64,000 bases of DNA from Mobula hypostoma (Eukaryota): positions 26,352,001 through 26,416,000 of the forward strand of contig NC_086118.1 of the NCBI RefSeq assembly GCF_963921235.1, given 5' to 3'. The translations under genes and the position numbers were made by a program. Within the stretch, counting starts at the first letter, position 1; every line of letters begins with the position of its first letter. Below the pieces are notes generated by a model. That model was not told the origin of the DNA, ran no database searches, and worked only from the letters and a program-made list of their open reading frames with translations. Shown piece by piece: positions 1-12,290 of this stretch.

Positions 1-629
1 CTGGAGCTAATCGAGAGTTTTCATTCATCATCACTGGAGAGCACTGGGGTCAGTACCAAAGGCTGATCAGAAGTCCCGAGTCTGCAAACCTCTGCGAGTC
101 CACTGGGGAAGCCGAAGCCCAATATCTGTAAATTTCCAATTCCACTGGAGGCTGGAGCCCATGGCCTGTCCTGGATTTGGAGAACTGTTTATGTTCGTGT
201 ATGATTGGGAAGAAGGAACGGGGCTTGTTTTGCTGTTGTTGTTTTCATGTTTGTTGTGTTCTGTGTTGTTCTGCCAAGCATTTCAGGCATGCCATATTTG
301 TAAGCTGCACTCAACAAATCCTCAGGTTGTGTTGGTAGTCAACACATACGACACATTTCACTGTATGTTTCAATGTACATGTGATAAAGAAAATGAATTT
401 GAATCTGATTCTAATTGTTGCTCAGCCCACAGATTCTAGCAAGAGAAGGGGTGTGACAATAGCCTTCTCACTACTGTTTAAAATTTTGATTTCAAATATA
501 TATGCACCACAGCAATTATCATGAAAACACACAATAAACATATGACGTAAGACAGTTCATATACATAGTTTGATGGTATGTCCATAAAGTTAAACTAGGC
601 TGCACATAAGGTGACTGACAGGACCACTT

Positions 630-890
630 GGGGAAAATAACTGTTTTTGAGTCTGGTGGGAGTAGGACAAACAGCCCATGAACTGGGTGGGATCCTTCAT
701 AAGGATACTGGCCCTTTTCCAGCACCTTTCTGTATATATGTCCTTAATGGTGGGTAGACTGGTGCTAGTGATGCATTGGGCAGTTATGACTACCCGTTAC
801 AGCGCATTCCTGTCTGTCGTAGTCAAGTTTCTGTACCATGCAGTGATGCAGCTTGTTAGGGTGCTGTCTACTGCGCATCTGTAGAACGAT
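630..890 (-). mobile_element. Decayed LINE (Rex1/Babar-like) C-terminal fragment
   Basis: SHPVHGLFVLLP motif on the minus strand. Confidence 0.5.
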
Positions 891-3763
891 GTGATCTTCT
901 TGTTCCATCAGCAGTAGCGATGTGAGGAATTACAACATCCCCTACTAGGTAAAAGAACAACAGCCAATGCAATGGCAGAAGGCTCCCAGTAGCAAAATTA
1001 ATGGCACTTTTTATGCCTCCATGTCTATCTCAGAAATGCAAGAGCATAGGTCTTAATGCTGAAATCTAAATGCTCACATTCACACACTAAATCCTCTGAT
1101 TGAAGATCTTTCAAATATTACACCATTGAAAACTACACTTTTTTTATAATCCTTGTGGCCTAAATACCCATCGTATTGACTTTGAAAGGATTTGGCATTC
1201 AATATCAGATTGACAGGGAGTCAATAACCCAAATAGATGTCAACATCAAAGCCCTCCAATTGATAGCATGGCCAAAGTCAACGTGAGCAGTTCACTTACA
1301 AACTCCATCACTCTGCAAATGACTAAGATCACCTTCTATTCTAGTGCAAATCAATGCAGCATGTCCTGACCACCTTTGAGGAAAGATACGTGCCAGTTTT
1401 ATTCACTCATAAACAATCACCTTGTCAAATTGGTCTTATGGGCCACACTATAACTGTTCATTCTACTTATGCAGCAGCATTAATGTGGCCAGAAAAGTCT
1501 CTGCACCACTGTACACGAGGATTATTTAATAAAATATAGCAATCCCCAAGTCACAAAGAGACAGGTGTAAGAAGCAAAGGAAAGGAGGTGCAAACAGAAG
1601 AGGTTTCACAAGGGAATTCCTTAGCTAAAGGTTTGGTCTGTAAGGGTGGAAGTGTGTAAGTGTCTAGACGTGGAAGGTGCAGATATTTCAAAGGGCTTGA
1701 CGCAGAGAAGTATTCACTGGGAGTAGGAGGGGCAAGATCATGGAGGAGTTAAAAGCAAGTGATGGGGAGAATATTAGCCAGCGGGGTAGACATTAAACAT
1801 CAATGGCATGCTGCAAAAGCAGATGGGAAAGCACATGTTTAGTGCAATAATTTTCATGCCTCACTTCACATCTAATCAAAGATTGAAGTGTTTAAGAGCA
1901 ATCAAAGCACAGCATCGAAACCAATCCCTGCAAGCGAAATAGCAAAGCCAGAGATGGAGTGAAGCAAGTAACAGAGCTCGTGATTCAGACAGTGCATCAG
2001 CCAACCTCCTTGCAGCCCAGGTGATGAACTCCCAGCAGGTACATACATGTACTGAAGAATTACATTGTACATCTGCAGCCATACAAATGCCACATGGCAG
2101 GATAAACTCAACTTCATTGTGAATTGATGTGTGGAGTCTTAAAGAACATATTGTGATATGTGCAAATATTAAATCTTTTGGGGCATTCTATAGCAGAGGC
2201 CTTTTAATGAATTTACACACTGCAGATTATTCATATAATTACTTTTACCCAGCTAATTATGGCTAATCCTTGGATGCATTAATTAATAAGTCGTTTTTTA
2301 AATATGTTAACGCAAGCATGCAGTGCCAGAATGGCTCAAACATCACAGCAGCAAGAACAAGATGATCCAAAGCACGCTATCAACTGCAGGCTGCTGGATT
2401 CAAGACGTCAGTGTAGGATGTAAAGTGGCAGGATTCATTTTACTGTAGATACAGAAGGTTCACACTGCTGAATTATTCATGAGAATTAGTGATGGAGGAA
2501 TTAATGTTCAAGCAACCTATTTTATTATTAAGGAAGAGCATTTCAAAAATTTGAACCCCAGGTTTTGAATCTGGACCAAAACAGTAATAAATGGAATGTT
2601 TTGAAGAGAATGTGCTCATGTTAGAATCACTCAGAAATCAGATCTACAAATAATGCCTTTTACATATTTCTAACTTATGATATTTTATTAAAAGACTGTG
2701 CTGAGTTACAAAATCCCTGTCTAATAACTGAACAAAATTGGAATCTTACAGTGAAACTAACAAAGCTAGCTGAACAACAGCAGCACTTCCATCACTAAAA
2801 GAAAATATATCAGCACTTCTACAATGACCCTGCTGCCAATGTGACATAATGGAATTAATTTATATTTGATCTAAGGCAAAAGAATGGATCAAATCATTTA
2901 GTAGTAATCGCCAAAGCAGCTCTGCATCATGGAATCACAGAATGTTTGCAGTCCAGAAGAAGATCATTCAGCATATCAGGTTCTACTGTGTCGGAGCAAG
3001 ACAAATCCAGCTAATTCGACTCTTATCCTCTTCCCACAAGAAACCTTTCTTTTACTTTTTTGGAGGTTTATCCAGCTCATTCATGAACACTGCAGCTGAA
3101 CGTGTCTGCGTCACTAGTCTTGACAGCGCAATCCAGACCCAAACCACTAACATCTTTTTCTCATCTTATTTTGATTGTATATTTTCTAATTTTTAACTTC
3201 ACCAACGATAAGGGATTCTCTCTGTCTACTCTGCCAGTAATCACAATTTAAAATATCTTTATTAGATGGCCATGTAGGCTGTCCTCTCCATGAAGAACAG
3301 CACAGAATTTCCAGTCTGTACAAATAACTGAAGACCCTCAACTCCACAAACCTTCAAGTAAATCGCCTCTGCACCCCCTCTAAAACTTTTATATCTTTCC
3401 TAAGGTGGGTTGCTCAGAATTTAACATGGCACTCCAGTTTTTTTTTACATATGTTTAGCATTAACTTTTTATGCTTTTGTACTTCCTACCTCTACCTTGG
3501 ATGGTGGGTTTGAGATACGTCTCTATCAAAGGAGATGTAAGGCGCTCCTTCACTCCGTCAGCCTGCAAGGTCACCCTTAGGCAAAGTGTAACAGCTGCTT
3601 AGCCTGCTGCAACTGCAGCCCCCCCATCCCTGATCAGGGTTACATGAAGCCACAGGAGCAGGTGGTACATATTACAAGTCCTGGTTATGCCACCACTGAT
3701 ACCAGGCAAATAACATCTGAAGAGTATTGATAATGACTGTGGTCACTTGTCTTGCAAAGATAC

Positions 3764-4411
3764 CCCTCACGTCCATTCAAGGCCGCATGCAGTCCGTTCG
3801 GGTGAGGCAACACTCCACCTGCATATCTGTGGGGTCGTCTAACATTGGTGAGACCTGTCGTAAATTGGGGGTCCGCTTCGTCAAGCACCCCTGCGCCATC
3901 CACAAGCGGGACTTTCCGTTGGTCAAACATTTTAATTCTGATTCCTATTCCCGTTCCGACGTGTTGGTCCATGCCCTCAAGCTGAGGTCTCCCTCAGGGT
4001 GGAGGAGCAACACCTTATATTCTGTCTGGGTAGCCTCCAACCTGACCGCATGAATATTAATTTCTCCTTCCTGTAAACTAATTTCACCTTCTTCCTCTAT
4101 TCCCCACACTGACCTTTCACTTCTCTTCACCTACCTCTTACTTCCCCCCGGGTCCCCTCCTCCTTCCCTTTCTCCTGTGGTTCATTTCTTCTCCTATCAG
4201 ATTCCTTCTTCTCCAGCCCTTTACCTTTCCCACCCACCTGACTTCACCTATCACCTTCTAGCTAGCCTCCTTCCCCTACCCCTACCTTTTTATTTTGGCT
4301 TCATCACCCTCCTTTCTCAGTCCTGAAGAAGGGTCTCAGCCTGAAACGTCGACCATTGCCATAGACGCTGTCTGGCCTGCTGAGTTCCTCCAGCATTCTA
4401 TGTGTGTTACT
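3764..4411 (+). mobile_element. 5'-truncated Neptune PLE fragment nested in a SINE
   Basis: Decayed GIY-YIG translation (NIGETCRKLGVRFVKH), pyrimidine-rich 3' region and hammerhead. Confidence 0.85.
4320..4353 (+). ncRNA. Minimal hammerhead motif in an older PLE fragment
   Basis: gtc CTGAAGA agggtctcagcct GAAAC GTC gac; core intact. Confidence 0.7.
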
Positions 4412-6814
4412 TTGTAAAGACAATGTCCAAAAGAAGGCAATGGTAAACCATTTCTGTAGAAATAATTGCCAAGAACAATCACGGTTACCATGATTGCCTG
4501 AGTCATGTGAAAATGATGATGATGATGATGATGATAATGATGGTGCCTCTACTTTGAAGACCATATGGGATTCTGGTTTAACCACTTTCTCAACCAGCCC
4601 ACTCACTTCCAGTTACATCCATATATCCAAGATCTTCTTGTTCTGGTATCCATTTTAGAATTGTGCTCTCTAGTTTTTATTGCCTCTTCTCATTCTTCCT
4701 ATCAAAATGTATTATTCAGCATTAAAATTACTTTGTGATCTCCCCCAATTCCATCAACCAGGTCATCATACCACTACGAGTTCTGTGTCATTTGCAATAT
4801 TGGAAATTCTGTTCTGTAACCAGACACCAAGACATCAACATACATTAGTTATTAGTACACCATTTTATTGTGGTTGAACCAGCCAGGACAGCTGCTGCCT
4901 CACAGCACGACAGACTTTGTTCAGATATGACTGTGGATGCTACCTGTGTGGAATTTTCACGTCTCCCTGTGCAGATGTGGCTTTCTTTCAGGCATTCCAG
5001 TTTCTTCCCAAACAGAAGAATTGGAAGCAGGAGTTGGTCTTCATGATGCGAATCCTGGCTGATCCACTTCAGCAATTATCCACAGAATTTTGATTCCTTT
5101 AAGACCTAGAAATGTACTGATCTCGGTTTTGAATGAATTCAACGACTGAGCCTCCACAATAATAGAGCCGGGGGATATACAGAACAGAAGAAGGCCATTC
5201 CACCAAATGAGTCTCTGTTGACTCATTACATTAGTCCTATGTTCATCACACTTTTTTATTCTCCCTATAATCTTGTCTAATTCCCAGAGATTCCACTGCT
5301 CATGGATTGGTAGGTGAACTGGCCACAGCAGACCGCTCCTAATATAATTGAGAGGTAGAATCTGAAAAGAGTTCATGAGAATGTCAGCACAGTAAAAAAA
5401 AAGGATACTACATTGTGGTATGACTTCATGATTATACGAAGACAGCTTAAAACTAACTTTTACAGCTATTCCCCATCCGATAATAGCAATTTCCTAGCTG
5501 TTCCCCTACTGATAATTGCTTCATTTAACCTGGTCCATTTCTCAGAACCCAGCAAAATATTACAGGACACCTAACCTCACCATTCATCTCCATAGTTTCA
5601 TATTGAATCCTGTTTCACAAGCTGAATGTGCCACGTTAAATCACCTGTGAAATTCAAGCTTTAGTTTATTCACACAAATGTTAAAATAATTATTGATGCC
5701 AAGATCTGTAGAAATCATTGTACATAATCTGTACAACCTGCCTTCCCTAAAACTGGTACAAATGTGACATGGCTAAAGCCCACTGACCAATGAAGTTTCA
5801 CAAGTAAAACTCTTTACTTTCTGCTTAGTGCACCTGCCAATTCGGATCTACTCAGAAATGGCTCGTGTTTGTCATTGGTTGCATGGAGCTAGCTGTTGTA
5901 ATTCAGGTTATGTATGCCAGAGCAATTTTTTTCCCCTTTACAACTTTGGGAACTTGAATTACAAAGTTACAGTGACCGGACAAATGTCAGCACATAGTTT
6001 GCAAAATAACATTTGAACTCTTGTTACCCAAGTAATATATTTTACAACCAATAGACCTTCCACTCATTACTAACCAAGTGTGCTTTGGTAACATAATCAG
6101 ACGACATCCTATAATTATATGAACTTCCTTTAAACTTGATAATCTGTGCTAATCCCGAACTGTATTTCACAGCAACAGACACCAAAGTAAAAATTTATTT
6201 TCAAGCTATAATAAGGAAGTAAATCTCTCATCTAATCAGACATCTCTTTTTAATTCCCTAGGTAATAGACCTTTTATTAAAATCATTGGCATCGAACTCT
6301 AAATCAATATCTGAGTGTTATTAAAGCACTGTCATTTTTCTCTCCTCACATGAAGCAATTTATGACAATGTCATTGGAACAGATTAAGCCAGGAGAATGG
6401 CGAAGATTGGATTTATTCCATCAGTGAACTCTTCACAAAGCACAGGGAGTGCTACATAAACTTGATGTTACAGCTGAAGAGGCAGCAACATTTGGTATTT
6501 GAAATTAGACTTGACAAGGTTTAAAACAAGTTAAAACTCTAGTCTGAATGTAACTCTATCAGTCAATCTAACTTACAGAGCAGTTCAACTAACCAGTTCT
6601 TGGGCTTATACCTAAAAGTTTGACTCCAAAACTCTGCATCTGTTGACAAGAACAGTGGTAGTGTGGTCTAAAAATTATGTGCCTAACTTTACATTCTATC
6701 AAAGTACTATATCCCATAAAAGAAATCTTTTGACTATCCGTTCAATCTTTTCCCACAAAAGGATCAGCTAAATTGACATTATAAATCTTCAACCCTACAC
6801 CTCACCAGCCATGG

Positions 6815-7463
6815 AATGGAGGAGGAGAAGATGGCGGCGCGACAGCAGCGTGCACGGCCTCTCCAGTGACGAATATCTGTTATCTGTCAAGTAGGGGACC
6901 GTGCACAATTCTGATTTGATGGAGACGGACGTGAGAGTACGGAGGAACATCTGGAAAAACTTCTGAAATGCCCGCTTCGCTGCCGCTGCTACTGTGTGGT
7001 AACGGGAATCTCCGGAGCAGAAGGCCCCGAATCCTCCACTTTGCTTGTTTCAGTGGCTGGGGGGGAGGTCGAAGGCGCTCGGCAGACTGTATCAGAGGGG
7101 CTGGTCGGAGGCTCGAAGTTTTCGGATGGATGGACTTAGCGTCGGCTGTGGTCGGTGCCTGGAGGTTTATGGCAGGGAGTTTCTCCCTTTTGCCGTCTGC
7201 TATCGGGGACTCAGGAGTCGATCGACTCGGGGACTTTTGAGATTTTTTTTTACCGTGCCCATGGTTTATTCTTCATCAAGTTATGGTATTGCTTTGCACT
7301 GCTGTAATTATATGTTATAATTATGTGGTTGTGTCAGTGTTAGTCTTTGGTTTGTCCTGTTTTCTGTGATATCACTCCGGAGAAACATTGTATCATTTCT
7401 TAATGCATGTATGCATTTCTTAATGACAATAAAAGGACTGAGTGTTCTCATAATCTAATCTAA
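6815..7463 (+). mobile_element. Non-autonomous retroposon with GC-rich head and (aatct)n tail
   Basis: Starts with YY1-like aagatggcggc, CpG-rich body, aataaa followed by taatctaatctaat; no credible ORF. Confidence 0.6.
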
Positions 7464-8025
7464 TATATTTTTAAAATACAACCACCCAAACTTTATAAAA
7501 GAATTTTGTACTGATCAGATTCTTTCAATCATACCTCACTGGCAGATTATACTTATCACCCTCATTTGCTTACTAACCTTGTAAAACATTAATCAAACTT
7601 ACTGATTATTTTTGTTGAAAAAAACATTCATTGATAGAACATCATGATTCTCATTTGGTTACACTGTATACCTTTTCAGATGAACAATCTGAATCCAAAT
7701 ACAGCAACCAATTGTTTGAGACAACAGTCCCTGCCTGTGGCTCAGGCACTCTTTCCTGGGAACAATAAAAACCTCATTAAAGTATCAGTTTCTCCACAGT
7801 TCAGTGAAAGGACAAAATTCCTGCAAGAACTACAAGTTAAAATTACTTTTCAGGCAGTACACCAGGATGTTTCTGTCCAGTTTCACAGGCCTACTGCAGC
7901 AACATACATAAAATGCTGATGGAACTCAGCAGGTCAGACAGCATCAATGAACCATAGAACCATAGAAACTACAGCACAGAAACAGGCCCTTTGGCCCTTC
8001 TTGGCTGTGCCGAACCATTTTCTGC

Positions 8026-10926
8026 CTAGTCCCACTGACCTGCACACGGACCATATCCCTCCATACACCTCCCATCCATGTATCTGTCCAATTTATTATT
8101 AAATGTTAAAAAAGAACCCACATTTACCACCTCGTCTGGCAGCTCATTCCATACTCCCACCACTCTCTGTGTGAAGAAGCCCCCCCCTCACCCTTAACCC
8201 ATGTCCTCTGGTTTTTTTCTCCCCTTGCCTCAGTGGAAAAAGCCTGCTTGCATTCACTCTATCTATACCCAGCATAATTTTATATACCTCTATCAAATCT
8301 CCCCTCATTCTTCTACACTCCAGGGAATAAAGTCCTAACCTATTCAACCTTTCTCTGTAACTGAGTTTCTCAAGTCCCGGCAACATCCTTGTAAACCTTC
8401 TCTGCACTCTTTCAACCTTATTTATATCCTTCCTGTAATTTGGTGACCAAAACCGAACACAATACTCCAGATTCGGCCTCACCAATGCCTTATACAACCT
8501 CATCATAACATTCTAGCTCTTATACTCAATACTTCGATTAATAAAGGCCAATGTACCAAAAGCTCTCTTTACGACCCTATCTACCTGTGACGACACTTTT
8601 AGGGAATTTTGTATCTGTATTCCCAGATCCCTCTGTTCCACTGCACTCCTCAGTGCCTTACCATTAACCCTGTATGTTCTACGTTGGTTTGTCCTTCCAA
8701 CGTGCAATACCTCACACTTGTCAGTATTAAACTCCACCTGCCATTTTTCAGCCCATTTTTCCAGCTGGTCCAAGTCCCTCTGCAGGCTCTGAAAACCTTC
8801 CTCACTGTCTACTACACCTCCAATCTTTGTATCATCAGCAAACTTGCTGATCCAATTTACCACATTATCATCCAGATCATTGATATAGATGACAAATAAC
8901 AATGGACCCAGCACTGATCCCTGTGGCACACCACTAGTCACAGGCCTCCACTCAGAGAAGCAATTCTCTACCACCACTCTCTGGCTTCTTCCATCGAGCC
9001 AATGTCTAATCCAATTTACCACCTCTCCATGTATACCTAGCGACTGAATTTTCCTAACTAACCTCCCATGCGGGACCTTGTCAAAGGCCTTACTGAAGTC
9101 ATGTAGACAATATCCACTGCCTTCCCTTCATCCACTTTCCTGGTAACCTCCTCGAAAAACTCCAACAGATTGGTCAAACATGACCTACCACGCACAAAGC
9201 CATGTTGACTCTCCCTAATAAGCCCCCGTCTATCCAAATGCTCGTAGATTCTGTTTCTTAGTACTCCCTCCAATAACTTACCTACTACTGACATTAAACT
9301 AACCGGCCTATAATTTCCCGGATTACTTTTCGATCCTTTTTTAAACAACGGAACAACATGAGCCACTCTCCAATCCTCCGGCACTTCACCCGTAGACAGC
9401 GACATTTTAAATATTTCTGCCAGGGCCCCCACAATTTCAACACTAGTCTCCTTCAAGGTCCGAGGGAACACTCTGTCAGGTCCCGGGGATTTATCCACTT
9501 TAATTTTCCTCAAGACAGCAAGCACCTCCTCCTTTTCAATCTATACAGTTTCCATGGTCTCACTACTTGATTCCCTCAATTCCATAGATTTCATGCCAGC
9601 TTCCTTAGTAAATACAGACGCAAAAAACCTATTTACGATCTCCCCCATTTCCTTTGGTTCCGCACAAAGCCGACCACTCTGATCTTCAAGAGGACCAATT
9701 TTATCCCTTACAATCCTTTTGCTCTTAATATACTTGTAAAAGCTCTTTGGATTATCCTTCACTTTGACTGCCAAGGCAACCTCATGTCTTCTTTTTGCCC
9801 TCCTGATTTCTTTCTTAAGTATTTTCTTGCACTTCTTATACTCCTCAAGCACCTTATTTACCCCCTGTTTCCTATACATTTCATACAACTCCCTCTTCTT
9901 CTTTATCGGAGTTGCAATATCCCTTGAGAACCAAGGTTCCTTATTCCTATTCAATTTGCCTTTAATCCTGACAGGAACATACAAACTCTGCACTCTCAGA
10001 ATTTCCCCTTTGAAGGCTTCCCACCTACCAATCACATCTTCGCCAGAGAACAACCTGTCCCAATCCACGCTTTTTAGATCCTTTCTCATTTCTTCAAATT
10101 TGGCCTTCTTCCAGTTCAGAACCTCAACCCTAGGACCAGATCTATCCTTGTCCATGATCAAATTGAAACTAATGGTGTTATGATCACTGGAACCAAAGTG
10201 CACCCCTACACAGACTTCTGTCACTTGCCCTAATTCGTTTCCTAACAGGAGATCCAATATTGCATCCCCTCTAGTTGGTCCCTCTTTATATTGATTTAGA
10301 AAACTTTCTTGAACACATTTTACAAACTCTAAACCATCTAGACCCCTAACAGTATGGGAGTCCCAATCAATGTATGGAAAATTAAAATCCCCTACCACCA
10401 CAACTTTATGTTTCCTGCAGTTGCCTGCTATCTCTCTGCAGATTTGCTCTTCCAAGTCTCGTTGACTATTGGGTGGTCTGTAATACAATCCCACTAATGT
10501 GGCCATACCTTTCCTGTTTCTCAGCTCCACCCATAAGGACTCAGTAGACAAGCCCTCTAATCTGTCCTGCCTGAGCACTGCTGTAATATTTTCCCTAACA
10601 AGCAATGCTACTCTCCCACCTTTCATTCCTCTGCCTCGATCACATCTGAAACATCGGAACCCTGGAATATTAAGCTGCCAGTCCTGCCCCTCCTGTAGCC
10701 AAGTTTCACTAATTGCTACAACATCATAATTCCACGTGTCAATCCACGCCCTCAACTCATCCGCCTTCCCCGCAATACTCCTAGCATTAAAATATATACA
10801 CCTTAGAAGATTTTTACCACCACTCACAACCTTTCTATCAGCGGATTTGCTTAAACTTTCAACATCATTTATTTTCACCCCAGCCACACTGTCCGCTCTG
10901 GCACTCTGGTTCCCATCCCCCTGCAA
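8026..10926 (-). pseudogene. CR1 ORF2: APE endonuclease + reverse transcriptase, with stops and frameshifts
   Basis: YFNARSI, ISETWL, YYRPP, GDFNFP, SSDHN; KSPGPD, NYRPVSL, QHGF, GVPQGSVLGP, KFADD, RPNLEYC; broken at ~9541, ~9100, ~8513 and ~8185. Confidence 0.92.
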
Positions 10927-10928
10927 AT

Positions 10929-11860
10929 CTAGTTTAAAGCCTCCCCAATAGCACTAACAAACCTCCCTGAAAGGATATTGGTCCCCCTGTAGTTCAAGTG
11001 TAACTCGTCTCTCTTGTACAGGTCCCACCTGCCCCAGAAGAGGTCCCAATGATCCTGAAATCTGAAACCCTGCCCCCTACACCAGTTCCTCAGCCACTTG
11101 TTCATCCTCCAGAGCATCCTATTCCTACCCTCACTGGCATGGAGCACAGGTAGCAATCCTGAGATTACCACCCTTGAGGTCCTGCTTTTCAACTTCCTAC
11201 CAAGCTCTCTATACTCACTGTCCAGGACCTCTTCACTCTTCTTTGCTATGTCATTGGTACCGATGTGCACCACGACATCTGGCTGATCACCCTCCCACTT
11301 CAGAATATCATGCAAGCGATCAGAGACATCCTTGACCCTGGCACCCGGGAGGCAACAAACCATCCTGGCTTCTCTGTCACGACCACAGAACCTCCTACCG
11401 CACCTCTAACTATCGAGTTCCCTATCACCACCGCTCTCTTTTTACACCCTCCCTTCTGCACTGCAGAGCCAGACTCAGTGCCAGAGATCCGGCTACTGCA
11501 GCTTGTCCCAGGTAAGTCATCCCCCCCAACAGTATCCAATGCGGTATACTCGTTGTTGAGGGGAATGGCCACAGGGGAACCCTGCTCTGCCTGCCCTTTC
11601 CTCTTCCCTTGCCTGATAGTGACCCAATTTCCTGTCCTCTGCTCCTTTGGCGTAACTACCTCCCTATAGCTACTATCTATAATCTCCTCATTCTCTCGAA
11701 TGATCCGCAGGTCATCCAGCTCCTGCTCCAGTTCCCTAACGCAGTTTGTTAGGAGCTGCAGCTGGATGCACTTCTTGCAGGTGTCGTTGTCAGGGACACC
11801 GGAGGGCTCCCTGACTTCCCACATCCTGCAAGAGGAGCATTCCAACATCCTGCCTGGCAT
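10929..11860 (-). pseudogene. CR1 ORF1: Zn-finger/coiled coil + SGNH esterase-like domain, frameshifted
   Basis: CSSC...CKKC, heptad VRELEQELDDL, VIGNSIVRG, CLPGARV, VVHIGTND, DELHLN; split over two frames. Confidence 0.85.
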
Positions 11861-12005
11861 TCTCACTGCACTAAACAATCTGAACAAAAAACTTACCGGA
11901 ACCTACCCTGGCCTCTGCCTGTTCTTGCCGAAGCCTGTTTGAGCCAAAGCCGTCCCACTCTGACTCAGTCCACTCCGACGATGGCCACTGTATATGGTGG
12001 TCTGC

Positions 12006-12290
12006 TTTTTAAACCTTAGTGCGCTATGTCACGCGCCTGCACAGTGCAGACCCTTCTCCCCGAGCAGTGCTTAAAAAAAAAACGACTTTTTCTACCCGAT
12101 TTCTTCACTCCTTCTCAGCTGCTTGCTTCAACTGAAACAAGAACCGTTGAAAATTTCTCTTTTTAAACCTTGGCGCGCTACGTCACGCGCCTGCGCAGTG
12201 CAGACCCTTCTCCCCGAGCAGTGTTTAAAAAAAAAACGACTTTTTCTACCCGATTTCTTCACTCCTTCTCAGCTGCTTGCTTCGACTGAA
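12006..12290. repeat. Tandem ~153-bp monomers at the CR1 5' end
   Basis: ttttaaacct...cgcgcctgc.cagtgcagacccttctccccgagcagtg...ctgaaa occurs at ~12007-12137 and ~12161-12291. Confidence 0.9.

Larger units (their letters stand above)
3503..4540 (+). mobile_element. SINE-like repeat with RTE-type 3' end, interrupted by a PLE at 3764-4411
   Basis: Homologous to 56141-56450 and 63836-64000; gaaggcaatggtaaacca motif and (tga)n tail. Confidence 0.75.
7951..12290 (-). mobile_element. Near full-length CR1-clade LINE, inactivated
   Basis: 5' UTR, ORF1, ORF2 and a 3' tail of short repeats (catagaac/catagaaac on +) near 7951-7970. Confidence 0.93.

Noticed and set aside
1990..2040. Minus-strand SPGLQGGW resembling the USP His-box (HHGNLQGGHY)
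   Set aside because: Catalytic His and flanking residues are absent and there is no supporting splice context.
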